Origin: Candidatus Nanoarchaeia archaeon
Lineage (GTDB): Archaea; Nanobdellota; Nanobdellia; SCGC-AAA011-G17; GW2011-AR18
Direction: 5' to 3'
Assembly: GCA_035289605.1 (NCBI GenBank)
Contig: DATDWR010000012.1
Span: 4,792 to 68,791 of the forward strand
DNA length: 64,000 nt
Shown here: positions 18,621 to 28,143 of the stretch, one piece after another
Layout: each line of letters opens with the position of its first letter
Position numbering within the stretch: the first letter of the stretch is position 1
Made by a program: the position numbers and the translations under genes
Notes under the pieces: model-generated
The model's database searches: none
What the model saw: only the letters and a program-made list of their open reading frames with translations
What the model was told of the DNA's origin: nothing

Positions 18621-19178
18621 ATGACACAATCACAAATGCAGATAAAAAAAGATATGGCAATAGGAGAATTTGTAAATAAATTTCCTTCTGTAGTAGAAAT
18701 GCTAATGGCAGAAGGAGTGCATTGTGTAGGATGCGGAGCTTCAGAATGGGAGACAATAGAGCAAGGACTAATGAGCCATGGAAAAACAACAGAAGAAGTA
18801 GATGCAGTTGTAGACAAGATGAATAATGCTTTAGCAAGTCATAAAGAAACAAAAGAAGAATTGATAGTCACAAAAAATGCAGCAGAAAAATTAAGACAAA
18901 TTCTAAAGGAGGAAAAAAAGGAAGGAATGGGTTTAAGGATTAGGGTTTTTCCTGGCGGATGTTCAGGTTTCAAGTATGGTTTTGAGTTCGAGAATAAACA
19001 AAACGGTAATGATAAGATTTTTGAGGTTGACGGAGTCAAATTCTTTGTTGACCAAAACAGTCTTGCAATGATTAATGGTTCAAAAGTTGATTATAGTAGC
19101 GGACTTCATGGAAGTGGATTTAAGATAAGCAATCCTAAAGCCAGTCATACTTGTGGTTGCGGTGATTCTTTTAATTAA
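18621..19178 (+). CDS. DUF1858 (redox-disulfide CxxC domain) fused to an IscA/HesB-type Fe-S cluster insertion domain
   Basis: N-terminus IGEFVNKFPSVVEMLMAEGVHCVGCGAS. The C-terminal half has GCSGFKYGFEF and the terminal CGCGDSF. Confidence 0.75.
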   Translation: MTQSQMQIKKDMAIGEFVNKFPSVVEMLMAEGVHCVGCGASEWETIEQGLMSHGKTTEEVDAVVDKMNNALASHKETKEELIVTKNAAEKLRQILKEEKKEGMGLRIRVFPGGCSGFKYGFEFENKQNGNDKIFEVDGVKFFVDQNSLAMINGSKVDYSSGLHGSGFKISNPKASHTCGCGDSFN

Positions 19179-19182
19179 ATTA

Positions 19183-19773
19183 TTATTTTTCAAATCTTTC
19201 ATTTACAACATTCCAGTCTACAGCCTTAAAAAAAGATTCTATATAATCTACTTTTTTCAGCCCATAGTCTACCATGTAAGCATGCTCAAATACATCCATT
19301 ATCAGCAACGGAACGCATCCTGCCAAATGTCCTACATCATGTTCATTTACCCATGCATTGAATAGCCTATCTCCTAGAGGATCATAATACAAAACAACCC
19401 AACCAATCCCACGCATTGCACCAACTGCTTTGAAAGCGTTTGTCCAAGCATCAAATGAGCCAAAATCTTTTTCAAGACTTTTCATGAGCTTATAATTCTT
19501 ATCTAGCTGGCTTCCGCCTTTTCTCATGTTTCCAAAATAAAGTTCGTGGAGCCTCATTCCGTTGAATTCCCACCCAAATCTTCTTTTCAGTTCTGCAAAT
19601 TCTGGAGTATTGGTTTTTCCTTCCTTAACTATATTCATCATTGCGTCTGCTAGCTTGTTTGTGTTAGTAACATAGCCTTGGTATAAAGTAAAATGGTTCT
19701 TCAACAATGTATCAGAAAAACCCTGTGTTCCTAGTAGCTGATCAAAATTTTTTGCTTCATATGCCATATTCAT
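19183..19773 (-). CDS. Fe/Mn superoxide dismutase
   Basis: DVFEHAYMVDYG (DxxEHAY), RLHELYFGNM, and N-terminal LKNHFTLYQGYV. Confidence 0.8.
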   Translation of the reverse strand: MNMAYEAKNFDQLLGTQGFSDTLLKNHFTLYQGYVTNTNKLADAMMNIVKEGKTNTPEFAELKRRFGWEFNGMRLHELYFGNMRKGGSQLDKNYKLMKSLEKDFGSFDAWTNAFKAVGAMRGIGWVVLYYDPLGDRLFNAWVNEHDVGHLAGCVPLLIMDVFEHAYMVDYGLKKVDYIESFFKAVDWNVVNERFEK

Positions 19774-19780
19774 TTTCCCC

Positions 19781-20092
19781 CTATTTTATATATCTTTTAG
19801 CATCTCTAATTTTTAGCTTTTCCATTTTTCTATTCCATGCTTCATGCAAGTCTATTCTACTAGTATTAGCTATACAGACTAACGCAAAGACTACGTCTGC
19901 AAGTTCCTCTCCCAGTTCGCTAGTCTCTTCTGCAGGTTTCTTCTTTTTGCTTCCATACATATGATTTATCTGTCTCGCAACCTCTCCAACTTCTTCTGTC
20001 AGACAGGCTAGTTGTTCATGTATTGGAAAATATTTTATATCAAACTTATTTATCCAGTCATCCACTTCTTTTTGATAATCTTTAAATGACAT
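19781..20092 (-). CDS. MazG-like nucleotide pyrophosphohydrolase
   Basis: LTEEVGEVARQ and ELGEELADVVFALVCIAN. Start trimmed to the ATG at 20090-20092, 1 nt after the upstream stop codon. Confidence 0.75.
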   Translation of the reverse strand: MSFKDYQKEVDDWINKFDIKYFPIHEQLACLTEEVGEVARQINHMYGSKKKKPAEETSELGEELADVVFALVCIANTSRIDLHEAWNRKMEKLKIRDAKRYIK

Positions 20093-20093
20093 T

Positions 20094-20513
20094 TTATTTT
20101 TGTCTTTCTCCAAATACAGGCAATCTAACAATTGAACCTTCATTTTTTTGAACTCTTGAAGTCAAATTAACTAATTTATTCCTATCATCATGAGCTGTTG
20201 TTTCAGCACATTTTAATGCCCTTTCATATAATCTATTTTCTGCTAATTCTTTATAGTCATCTTTATAGTCATATATCCCAAACGGGCTACAAATTTCTCT
20301 AAAAAGAATATAATGTTCTTCAATAAGAATATAATATTTATCTAAAACTCTTGCTCTAAACTTAGATGAGTCAAAACCCTTTTTATAGCTTATCGGTACT
20401 CCAGGTAATGAACTTTTAATTGCATGGCTAGATCTAGTTATAGAGTAACTCGCCAATTCTCTAGCATCTCTACTTAGATGTTCTTCCAATAGCGTTACTA
20501 GTTCAAAGCTCAT
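20094..20513 (-). CDS. Hypothetical protein (139 aa) embedded in the prx-mazG-sod operon; possible orphan-family member
   Basis: The ATG at 20511-20513 overlaps the prx TGA (ATGA). The stop lies 1 nt before the mazG ATG. Carries EEHYILFREICSPF. Confidence 0.6.
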   Translation of the reverse strand: MSFELVTLLEEHLSRDARELASYSITRSSHAIKSSLPGVPISYKKGFDSSKFRARVLDKYYILIEEHYILFREICSPFGIYDYKDDYKELAENRLYERALKCAETTAHDDRNKLVNLTSRVQKNEGSIVRLPVFGERQK

Positions 20514-21091
20514 ATTTTCCCAACCAAGTCTAGTCCAGGCTTCAAAGTTTTCTTTCCTGGCTCCCAGCTTACAGGGCATACTTCTCCTTTGTGCTCTCTT
20601 ACATATATTGCAGCCTGTAATTTTCTCAGTATCTCTTTTGTGTTTCTTCCTAAATTATTGTCATGTATTTCCATGCTTTTTAATATTCCGTCAGGGTCTA
20701 TTATGAAGCTGCCTCTTAATGAAAGTCCTTCTTCATCTATGTATGTTCCAAATTGTTTGCATATGTTTCCTGTCGGGTCAGCAATCATTGGGTATTTTAC
20801 TTTCTTTATTGCTGGCGAATTGTCATGCCATGCTTTATGCACAAATACTGTGTCTGTGCTCACGCTTAATACTTCTGCATTTAATTTTTCGAATTCTTCA
20901 TGTAATTCAGCTGCTTCTTCCAGTTCTGTAGGGCAAATAAAAGTAAAGTCAGCAGGGTAGAATATCATTACAACCCATTTGCCTTTGTAGTTTGATAGTC
21001 TTATTTTTTTAGTTTCTTCATTGTGAAATGCTTGTGTCTCAAAATCTGGAACTTGTTGATTTATCTTTAGCATTTTATTCTTTATCTCCAA
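20510..21091 (-). CDS. Typical 2-Cys peroxiredoxin (AhpC/Tsa family)
   Basis: Peroxidatic FTFICPTE and resolving GEVCPVSWEPG. Confidence 0.9.
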   Translation of the reverse strand: MEIKNKMLKINQQVPDFETQAFHNEETKKIRLSNYKGKWVVMIFYPADFTFICPTELEEAAELHEEFEKLNAEVLSVSTDTVFVHKAWHDNSPAIKKVKYPMIADPTGNICKQFGTYIDEEGLSLRGSFIIDPDGILKSMEIHDNNLGRNTKEILRKLQAAIYVREHKGEVCPVSWEPGKKTLKPGLDLVGKI

Positions 21092-21194
21092 CTATTACTT
21101 TTAGGTTTTATTGCTTCTTTTTATAATTTGTTGTAATAAATGATTATGAATTGTGTAAGCAATATTTAAAAGTTTTTGTATTTTTTTATGAATT

Positions 21195-21512
21195 GTGGAA
21201 CAAAGTAATTTTATACCATATAAGACTACGATTGCATCATTCCCAAATGATGATATATTTAGAGGCTATAAGTTATTGGTACCTATCCCTATAGAGATTA
21301 GGTATTATCCGGCAATAAATCTTTATTATGCTCACGTTACAGAGGCGCCTTTATGCAATCCATGCTTAGGCATTAACAAAGCAAAAGCTGTAAGCTACTT
21401 GTTGGAATACTTAATTGAAAAATTTGAAGATCCGGAGTTATATATTAAAAATTCAAGATCAAATGAAACTTTGCTTAGAATATTAAAAAAACATATTGCA
21501 CGAATCAAATAA
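21195..21512 (+). CDS. Hypothetical protein (105 aa, GTG start)
   Basis: ORF only, with no motif. Confidence 0.4.
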   Translation: MEQSNFIPYKTTIASFPNDDIFRGYKLLVPIPIEIRYYPAINLYYAHVTEAPLCNPCLGINKAKAVSYLLEYLIEKFEDPELYIKNSRSNETLLRILKKHIARIK

Positions 21513-21668
21513 TTATAGTATACAATGGATTTCTAATATAAAAAAGTTGTTTCTTGCTGCATTTAAGACTCTAGAATGCAAGGATATATGTGTCATATGA
21601 TTTTTATCCATAAAATCTTTAATAATATGAGTACTAATAAGATTATTTTTATAATTTTGGAGGTACAA

Positions 21669-21911
21669 ATGAGAAGTTCATGGCTGATTGGTACATTGGT
21701 GACATTTGCAATAGGATTCAGCCTGCTTTTTGTGCTAATAAACGACTTCATTTGGGGCGCTTCACTAATACTGCTGAGTTTAGTAATGCTATTAATAGGC
21801 TTGATACTTCCTGAGAAAGCTCCAAAAATAGTTCATAAGCATCATGACACTATAATAGAAGAAATGCCGATAGTGACGCGTGAAATAAGATCCATGCCGA
21901 TAGAAGGATAA
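21669..21911 (+). CDS. Small membrane protein (80 aa)
   Basis: The internal ATG is preceded by GGAGGT. Two TM segments (WLIGTLVTFAIGFSLLFVLI and ASLILLSLVMLLIGLIL). Confidence 0.5.
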   Translation: MRSSWLIGTLVTFAIGFSLLFVLINDFIWGASLILLSLVMLLIGLILPEKAPKIVHKHHDTIIEEMPIVTREIRSMPIEG

Positions 21912-22034
21912 TAAGGACATCAGCAAGAGGCGCAAGAAAAGGTTCTAGAAAGATGAGATAACTGCTGTTTCTCCACTGGACACAACAAACGCTCGCGCCA
22001 GATTTATAAATTGTTCTGAAATATCTTCTATAAT

Positions 22035-24635
22035 ATGATTAAAGTTAAGGAAAACCCAGATGATCAGAAAGATATTACAGAATTGCTGCACCCTTTTGTT
22101 AGAGATTGGTTTTTCAAAAAATTCAAGGATTTTTCTTTGCCTCAGCAGTATGGGATTATGGAAGTTCATTCAAGGAATAATATCTTGGTGTCTGCTCCAA
22201 CAGGAACTGGCAAAACTTTATCATGCTTCCTAGCAATATTAAATGAGTTAATAGATTCTTCAGAAAAAGGTATATTAAAAGACAAAGTGTATTGTGTTTA
22301 TACAAATCCGCTTAAAGCACTATCTCGAGATATTCATGTTAATCTAATCGGGCCATTAAAAGAAATTGAGCAAATAGCAGGCAAAAGTTTTGGTATAAGA
22401 ATTGCAGTTAGAACAGGTGATACAACGCAAGCGGAAAAAGCAAGAATGTTGGCAAAGCCTCCTCATATTTTGATTTGTACGCCTGAAAGTTTGGCCATAA
22501 TGTTAAATTCGATAAAGTTTAGAGATTACTTAAAGAATGTTGACTGGTGCATTGTTGATGAAATTCACTCTCTTGCTGAGAATAAAAGAGGAGTACACTT
22601 AAGCCTTTCGCTTGAGCGTCTTCAATATATAAGTCCTGGAATGTGCAGGATTGGCTTGTCTGCTACAGTTGCTCCGTTAAATGAAATTGCTAATTTTTTA
22701 GTGGGTTCAGAAAGAGACTGTAAGATTATAGATGCAAGATTCGACAAAAAGATGGATATAAAAGTTATAAGTCCAGTAGATGATCTAGTAAATTCTTCTT
22801 ATAATAATTTAAGCAGTGACATGTACAAGTTAATCGACAAGATGATACATGAACATAAAACAACATTGATTTTTACTAATACAAGAAGTGCAACTGAGAG
22901 GGTTGTTTATCATCTTAAAACACATTTCCCTAAAAAATATATGGAAATAATAAAAGATGAACCACTAGAGATGACCAGCTTAATTGGTGCACATCACGGA
23001 AGCCTAAGCAGAGAACATAGGTTTGCTATGGAAGATGCTTTAAGAAAAGGCAGATTAAAAGCAATAGTTAGCAGCACTTCTTTAGAAATGGGTTTGGATA
23101 TTGGTTATATTGATTTGGTTATATGTTTAGGTTCACCCAAAAGTATTGCTCGCCTATTGCAAAGGACTGGAAGAAGTCAGCATGCACTAGAAGGAGTTAC
23201 AAAAGGTAGAATTATAGTCCTAAACAGAGATGACTTGATTGAATGTGCAGTAATGACAAAATTTGCTATTGAGAAAAAAATAGACAGGATTCATATTCCC
23301 GCTAATTGCCTTGATGTTCTTGCTCAGCAGATTATTGGTTTTGCTTTAGAACAAGTCTGGGATGAAAATGAATTATACAACTTGATCAGAAAAAGTTACT
23401 GTTACAAAAATTTAGACAGATCAGATTTTAACGAAGTATTAAGTTACCTTGCTGGAGAGTTTGCCTCTTTGGAAGACAGGTATGTGTATGCAAAAATATG
23501 GAGAAATGAAGGAAATATAGGCAAAAGAGGAAAGTTAGGGAGAGTTATTTACATGACCAATATTGGCACAATTCCTGATGAGTCTTTTGTGACTGTTAAA
23601 ATTGCAGAACAAGTTATAGGTCATATTGATGAAGGTTTTCTAGGAAGGCTTAAGCCAAGTGATATCTTCGTTCTAGGTGGTAATACTTATGAATTCAAAT
23701 TTTCTAGGGGAATGGTTGCCCAAGTGAAATCTGCTGAAGGACGTAAACCTACAATTCCTAGCTGGTTTTCTGAAATGCTTCCTTTGAGTTTTGATCTTGC
23801 TGTAGAAATACAAAGGTTTAGGAAGTTAATGGAAGAAAAATTTAAAGCTAAAAAACCCAAATCAGAGATCATTAAATTTATTGATGATTATTTGTATGTT
23901 GATGAAAAGGCTGCAGAAGCTATTTACACTTATGTCAAGGAGCAGTTTGATTATCTAGAAATTCCTCATTCAGAAAAATTAATTGTTGAGCATTACAAAG
24001 ATGATTATGATAAGAATTACATTTTGTTTCACAGCCTCTATGGTAGAAGAGTGAATGACGTTTTAAGCCGTGCTCTTGCTTTTGCAATTGGCAAGTCTCA
24101 GCATAGAGATGTGGAGATAGGAATCAATGATAATGGGTTTTATGTTGCTTCTGAAAAATCTGTGAATGCATTGCAGGCTTTTAAGTTAATAAAAAGTAAA
24201 GAGCTGTATAAGTTGTTGGAGTTGGCAATTGACAAGAGCGAAGTTTTGAAGAGAAGGTTTAGGCATTGCGCTTCAAGGGCATTCATGATACTTAGAACTT
24301 ACAAGGGCCAGACAAAAAGGGTTGGGCGCCAGCAAGTGAGCAGCATGTTGTTGATGAATGCAGTGAAGAGAATAAGTGAGAATTTTTGTATACTCAAGGA
24401 AGCAAGACGAGAAGTTTTAGAAGACATGATGGATGTAAGCAATGCAGTTAAAATAATAGAGGCAATTGAGAGTAACAAGATTAAAATTAAGGAATTTAAT
24501 ACCAGAATTCCAAGTCCTTTTGCTTTGAATCTTGTTCTTGAGGGATATTCTGATATTTTAAAGATTGAGGAAAGGCATGAGTTCTTGCAGAGGATGCATA
24601 ATATGATTAAGGCTAAGATTTCTATCAAGAAATAA
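22035..24635 (+). CDS. lhr: Lhr-type superfamily 2 DEAD/DEAH-box helicase
   Basis: Walker A SAPTGTGKT, DEIH box (VDEIHSL), HHGSLS, and a long Lhr-like C-terminal (DEAD-associated) region. Confidence 0.85.
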   Translation: MIKVKENPDDQKDITELLHPFVRDWFFKKFKDFSLPQQYGIMEVHSRNNILVSAPTGTGKTLSCFLAILNELIDSSEKGILKDKVYCVYTNPLKALSRDIHVNLIGPLKEIEQIAGKSFGIRIAVRTGDTTQAEKARMLAKPPHILICTPESLAIMLNSIKFRDYLKNVDWCIVDEIHSLAENKRGVHLSLSLERLQYISPGMCRIGLSATVAPLNEIANFLVGSERDCKIIDARFDKKMDIKVISPVDDLVNSSYNNLSSDMYKLIDKMIHEHKTTLIFTNTRSATERVVYHLKTHFPKKYMEIIKDEPLEMTSLIGAHHGSLSREHRFAMEDALRKGRLKAIVSSTSLEMGLDIGYIDLVICLGSPKSIARLLQRTGRSQHALEGVTKGRIIVLNRDDLIECAVMTKFAIEKKIDRIHIPANCLDVLAQQIIGFALEQVWDENELYNLIRKSYCYKNLDRSDFNEVLSYLAGEFASLEDRYVYAKIWRNEGNIGKRGKLGRVIYMTNIGTIPDESFVTVKIAEQVIGHIDEGFLGRLKPSDIFVLGGNTYEFKFSRGMVAQVKSAEGRKPTIPSWFSEMLPLSFDLAVEIQRFRKLMEEKFKAKKPKSEIIKFIDDYLYVDEKAAEAIYTYVKEQFDYLEIPHSEKLIVEHYKDDYDKNYILFHSLYGRRVNDVLSRALAFAIGKSQHRDVEIGINDNGFYVASEKSVNALQAFKLIKSKELYKLLELAIDKSEVLKRRFRHCASRAFMILRTYKGQTKRVGRQQVSSMLLMNAVKRISENFCILKEARREVLEDMMDVSNAVKIIEAIESNKIKIKEFNTRIPSPFALNLVLEGYSDILKIEERHEFLQRMHNMIKAKISIKK

Positions 24636-25145
24636 TTATTTTGTTTCTTCTTCAGCTTCTTTTATTAAATCTGCAACTTGTGTAACAACATCTTCTGCGG
24701 CTGCTACTTCAGGTCTTAATGGAGATACATCGCCTTCTGCTGCTCCGGCATTTTCTTTCAGGTCATTAATTTCGTCTTCAGCTTCTTGTAATTCTGCAAC
24801 ATTTGCTTTTAATTCTTTTTTTGCCTTGCCTGCTTTGTTTTTAAGTGCTGCTTTCAATGCTTTTTGGTAGTCTTCTAAATCACTTTGTCTTATTAGTTTT
24901 CTTGCCTCTTTCAAATCCTGATATAATTTATCTCTTAAGTCTGTTACTTTTACTATAATTTCTCTAAGAGCTTTTCTTATTTTATCAACGCTTCTTCTTA
25001 TGCTTTCATTATTTCTCTCAGAACTAGGAAATGATTCAGCAGTAGCTCTTCTGTAGGCTTTCGGCGCATAATGCATGCTCGCAGCCCCTATACCAAAAGC
25101 CGCAAGCAGTCCACCCCACTTTCTTCCTCTTCTCGACAAAGCCAT
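24636..25145 (-). CDS. YtxH-like membrane-anchored coiled-coil protein
   Basis: N-terminus WGGLLAAFGIGAASMHYAPKAYR resembles the YtxH signature. The remainder is Lys/Glu/Ala coiled coil. Confidence 0.5.
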   Translation of the reverse strand: MALSRRGRKWGGLLAAFGIGAASMHYAPKAYRRATAESFPSSERNNESIRRSVDKIRKALREIIVKVTDLRDKLYQDLKEARKLIRQSDLEDYQKALKAALKNKAGKAKKELKANVAELQEAEDEINDLKENAGAAEGDVSPLRPEVAAAEDVVTQVADLIKEAEEETK

Positions 25146-25210
25146 TATTACTTTTATTCATTATATTATTAATAAACTTTACTGTTACCTTTAGAAATAG
25201 ATGTTTCAGT

Positions 25211-25429
25211 TTAGCTTTTTTTAGTATACTTATTTTGATAATTATCTTTTAAGTCTCTAAGGAAAACATTTAATTGCATAATAATTAGTTCATGAGGAAC
25301 ATTATTTGTATTCCATTCTCTGAAATCATATGAAAAATTTCCGTTTTCATCCTTGAATACTCTAAACCCAACAATATATCTCCCAATATCAGTGTCTTGC
25401 TTCATCTTCATCCCAACCCCATTCTTCAA
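25211..25429 (-). CDS. Hypothetical protein (72 aa)
   Basis: ORF only. A 41-codon ORF (25389-25514) overlaps its start in another frame, so one frameshifted gene is possible. Confidence 0.35.
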   Translation of the reverse strand: MKNGVGMKMKQDTDIGRYIVGFRVFKDENGNFSYDFREWNTNNVPHELIIMQLNVFLRDLKDNYQNKYTKKS

Positions 25430-25815
25430 AGGCCTCTAATAGCCATATATCCTCTTTCTTAATCTTTTTTCTGAAAATTTTTTCCCAATATTCTATTTTT
25501 GCTTTGTTTATCATATTAATTATTTAGATTTCAAAGTTTAAATATTTAACGCATAAAATCAGCTAAGAATTTTCATATTTTACAGTTTGTTTTTTATTTC
25601 TTCCAAATATTTTTCATTTCTCTGCTTTTCTTTTTCTAGATTTTTGTAGATAAATTCTTTATCATCTATTATTCTTGGTGCTATTATTCTTAGTATCACT
25701 GAGTTTTGGAATGATGGAGAGGCCTATAAATTAAGTGAAGTAGACCTAGGATATAGAAAAGCAATTGATGATGCAAGGGAATCTAATGAAAAAGGAATAA
25801 ATATAAATTTTTAAA

Positions 25816-26124
25816 TTAAGCAACTAATTTTTTTAATTCACCATTATTTGTTAATTGTTCTGTAATATCACATCCTCCAATAAATTTTCCATTAATGTAC
25901 AGCTGAGGTATTGTTGGCCAGTTGGCGTATTCTTTTATTCCTTGTCTTACATCTTCATCAGACAGCACGTCAAATGATTTGAATTCTATTTTTTGTTCTT
26001 TTAGAATCTCTATAGTCCTTGCTGAGAATCCACACATTGGTTCTTCTGGTGTTCCTTTCATAAACAAGAAAACTTTGTTTACCTTAACCATTCCTTCTAT
26101 TCTTTTGAGTGTTGTATTGTCCAT
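25816..26124 (-). CDS. Monothiol glutaredoxin (Grx4/Grx5 type)
   Basis: CGFS active site within a thioredoxin fold (VFLFMKGTPEEPMCGFS...WPTIPQLYINGKFIGGCD). Confidence 0.9.
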   Translation of the reverse strand: MDNTTLKRIEGMVKVNKVFLFMKGTPEEPMCGFSARTIEILKEQKIEFKSFDVLSDEDVRQGIKEYANWPTIPQLYINGKFIGGCDITEQLTNNGELKKLVA

Positions 26125-26129
26125 TTTTC

Positions 26130-26405
26130 TTATTCTTCTATAGTTTCTATCGATAATGCATGTATTTCTTCTTTGCTAAATGAATCTTCTAAAGCCTTAT
26201 AAACCATTCTATGCTGTTCTAATAAACCTTTATTTTTAAATCCTTTATAATTTATTACAGCTTTCAAGTGTGTTCCGTCGTTTCTTGGATCTAATACTTC
26301 CACTTTTGAGCCTGGAAGGTTTTTTTCTAGTTTTTCTTTAATTTCATGAATGCTTAATTTCCTGTCAAATAAATGCTTGTTTTTTATATATTCTAGATTG
26401 TTCAT
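26130..26405 (-). CDS. BolA-family protein
   Basis: Correct size, HLKAVI...QHRMVYKAL pattern, and a position directly upstream of the monothiol Grx gene. Confidence 0.7.
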   Translation of the reverse strand: MNNLEYIKNKHLFDRKLSIHEIKEKLEKNLPGSKVEVLDPRNDGTHLKAVINYKGFKNKGLLEQHRMVYKALEDSFSKEEIHALSIETIEE

Positions 26406-26439
26406 ATTATTTGAAAATTAGAATTATTTATATATTTTA

Positions 26440-26520
26440 TTAATCAACCCATATATCATGCTTATACAATGGAACATTAGTTTGTTTGTACATATTCTCA
26501 AAATCTACTATATTTTCTAT
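26440..26520 (-). pseudogene. Orphan fragment duplicating the korB 3' end
   Basis: Minus-strand translation VDFENMYKQTNVPLYKHDIWVD-stop compares with the korB C-terminus FEEFYPQTKVPLYKHDISNVNVD. At DNA level 26453-26485 matches 27334-27366 at 31 of 33 positions. Confidence 0.7.
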
Positions 26521-26560
26521 AAACAGAATCTTTAAATAGTATTACCCTAGTATTACTATT

Positions 26561-26758
26561 ATGGAAACAGTACTTGCAAAAGTAACCCCAAAATTAGTAA
26601 CAGACATGGATGAAATAATCCAAGAAGGATGGTATGCTAATAGATCTGAACTTATTAGAGAAGCTATTAGAGAAAAAATTAAAAAGATAAAATCAGAAAG
26701 AATGGAAGCTGCTATAAAAGAAGATGTAAAATGGGGATTATATGGAAAAAATAAATGA
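26561..26758 (+). CDS. Ribbon-helix-helix (CopG-like) antitoxin
   Basis: METVLAKVTPKLVTDMDEIIQEGWYANRSELIREAIREKI. Overlaps the PIN gene by 17 nt. Confidence 0.75.
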   Translation: METVLAKVTPKLVTDMDEIIQEGWYANRSELIREAIREKIKKIKSERMEAAIKEDVKWGLYGKNK

Positions 26759-27245
26759 ATCAGTATTTGATGCTGGACCATTTATACACTTAGAAGAAAT
26801 AAACAAGCTTGATCTGACAAAATTATTCAAAGAAATATTAACAACTAAAGAAATTTTAGAAGAATGCAAAAATATATTAAAAGAAATAGAAAAATTAAAT
26901 AATATAAAAAGTACAGAACTTAAACCACAAAGCAAAGACTTTGCTAAATATATAATTGAAAAATACAATTTAGATATTGGTGAAGCTACAGGAATTGCAC
27001 TCTGCAAACAAGAAAATATCAAATTATTTTTTACCGATGATTTAGAAGCGAGAGAAATAACCAATTCACTTGGTTTCGAAGCTCATGGAACTCTTGCAAT
27101 TATACTAAGGTCTTATAAAGAAAAATTACTAAGCAAAAAAGAAGCAGAGAATTCTATAGAAGAGTTATATAATAATTCATCGTTGTTTTTCACAAAAGAC
27201 TTGATGGAATGGACAATAAAAGAAATAAGAAATTTTAAACATTAA
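26742..27245 (+). CDS. PIN-domain toxin
   Basis: VFDAGPFIHLEEINKLDL...IGEATGIALCKQENIKLFFTDDLEAR. Paired with the RHH gene. Confidence 0.7.
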   Translation: MEKINESVFDAGPFIHLEEINKLDLTKLFKEILTTKEILEECKNILKEIEKLNNIKSTELKPQSKDFAKYIIEKYNLDIGEATGIALCKQENIKLFFTDDLEAREITNSLGFEAHGTLAIILRSYKEKLLSKKEAENSIEELYNNSSLFFTKDLMEWTIKEIRNFKH

Positions 27246-27290
27246 ATTAAGTATGCAAGAAAGAAGAATCTTGTTGAAGAAGTGGAGAGA

Positions 27291-28142
27291 TTATTTAAAT
27301 TCATCCAATAATTTATCCACATTAACATTAGAAATATCATGCTTATACAAAGGAACTTTAGTTTGTGGATAAAATTCTTCAAATGTTTGTCTTTCTTCTT
27401 TGTAGAATATTCCTACAGGTATTTTCTTTCCCCATTCCATCATACTTTTGAAAGCCTCTCCTTTGTCTCTAATATTATGCTTAGTTTTCTGTAGATCATA
27501 GCATTTTTCTTTCCAGTAATCATAGGTATTCAAGTAATTATAAGTAACACAAGGCTGAAAAATATCAATGTAAGCAAATCCTTTGTGTTTTATCCCTTCT
27601 GCAATCATCTTTGTAGTATGCATCATGTCTCCTGCAAAGCTTCTTGCAATGAATGTAGCACCAGAACTTAATGCTAAGAGTAATGGGTTCAATGGTTCTT
27701 CTTTAACACCGTCAGGACTTGTAATTGTAATAAAACCTTTCTCGCTGGTAGAAGTTTTTTGTCCTGTAGTCAAACCATAGACTTGATTATTATGAACTAT
27801 CAAAGTAATATCATGATTTTTTCTTGCAGCATGAATAAAATGATTAACACCTTCACCATAAATATCACCATCACCACCAGCACTAAAAACTACGAGATTA
27901 CGATTAGCTAGTTTAGCGCCTATCGTTAACGGTATCCCTCTTCCATGCGAACCAGAGAATCCGTAACTTGTTGTCCAGTAAGAAATTTTTGAGGAACAAC
28001 CAATTCCAGAAGTGAAAGCTATTTGGTGTGGTTCTAGTTTTAATTCTACAAAAGCTCTTTTTACTGCATTCAATAGAGCATAATCAGCACACCCTAAACA
28101 CCATGTTATCTTACCACGATTAAAATCTTTTATCTCGCTCAT
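27291..28142 (-). CDS. korB: 2-oxoacid:ferredoxin oxidoreductase, beta (TPP-binding) subunit
   Basis: TWCLGCADYA and GGDGDIYGEGVNH. Start trimmed to MSEIKDF (ATG 28140-28142). Confidence 0.85.
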   Translation of the reverse strand: MSEIKDFNRGKITWCLGCADYALLNAVKRAFVELKLEPHQIAFTSGIGCSSKISYWTTSYGFSGSHGRGIPLTIGAKLANRNLVVFSAGGDGDIYGEGVNHFIHAARKNHDITLIVHNNQVYGLTTGQKTSTSEKGFITITSPDGVKEEPLNPLLLALSSGATFIARSFAGDMMHTTKMIAEGIKHKGFAYIDIFQPCVTYNYLNTYDYWKEKCYDLQKTKHNIRDKGEAFKSMMEWGKKIPVGIFYKEERQTFEEFYPQTKVPLYKHDISNVNVDKLLDEFK

Positions 28143-28143
28143 T

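Noticed and set aside
20514-20579. N-terminal extension of the 20094 ORF (and similar extensions of the mazG, korB, GT2, 21576 and 43733 ORFs).
   Set aside because: The extensions overlap upstream genes. Downstream ATGs sit on stop/start overlaps or behind GGAGG ribosome-binding sites, so the shorter forms were used.
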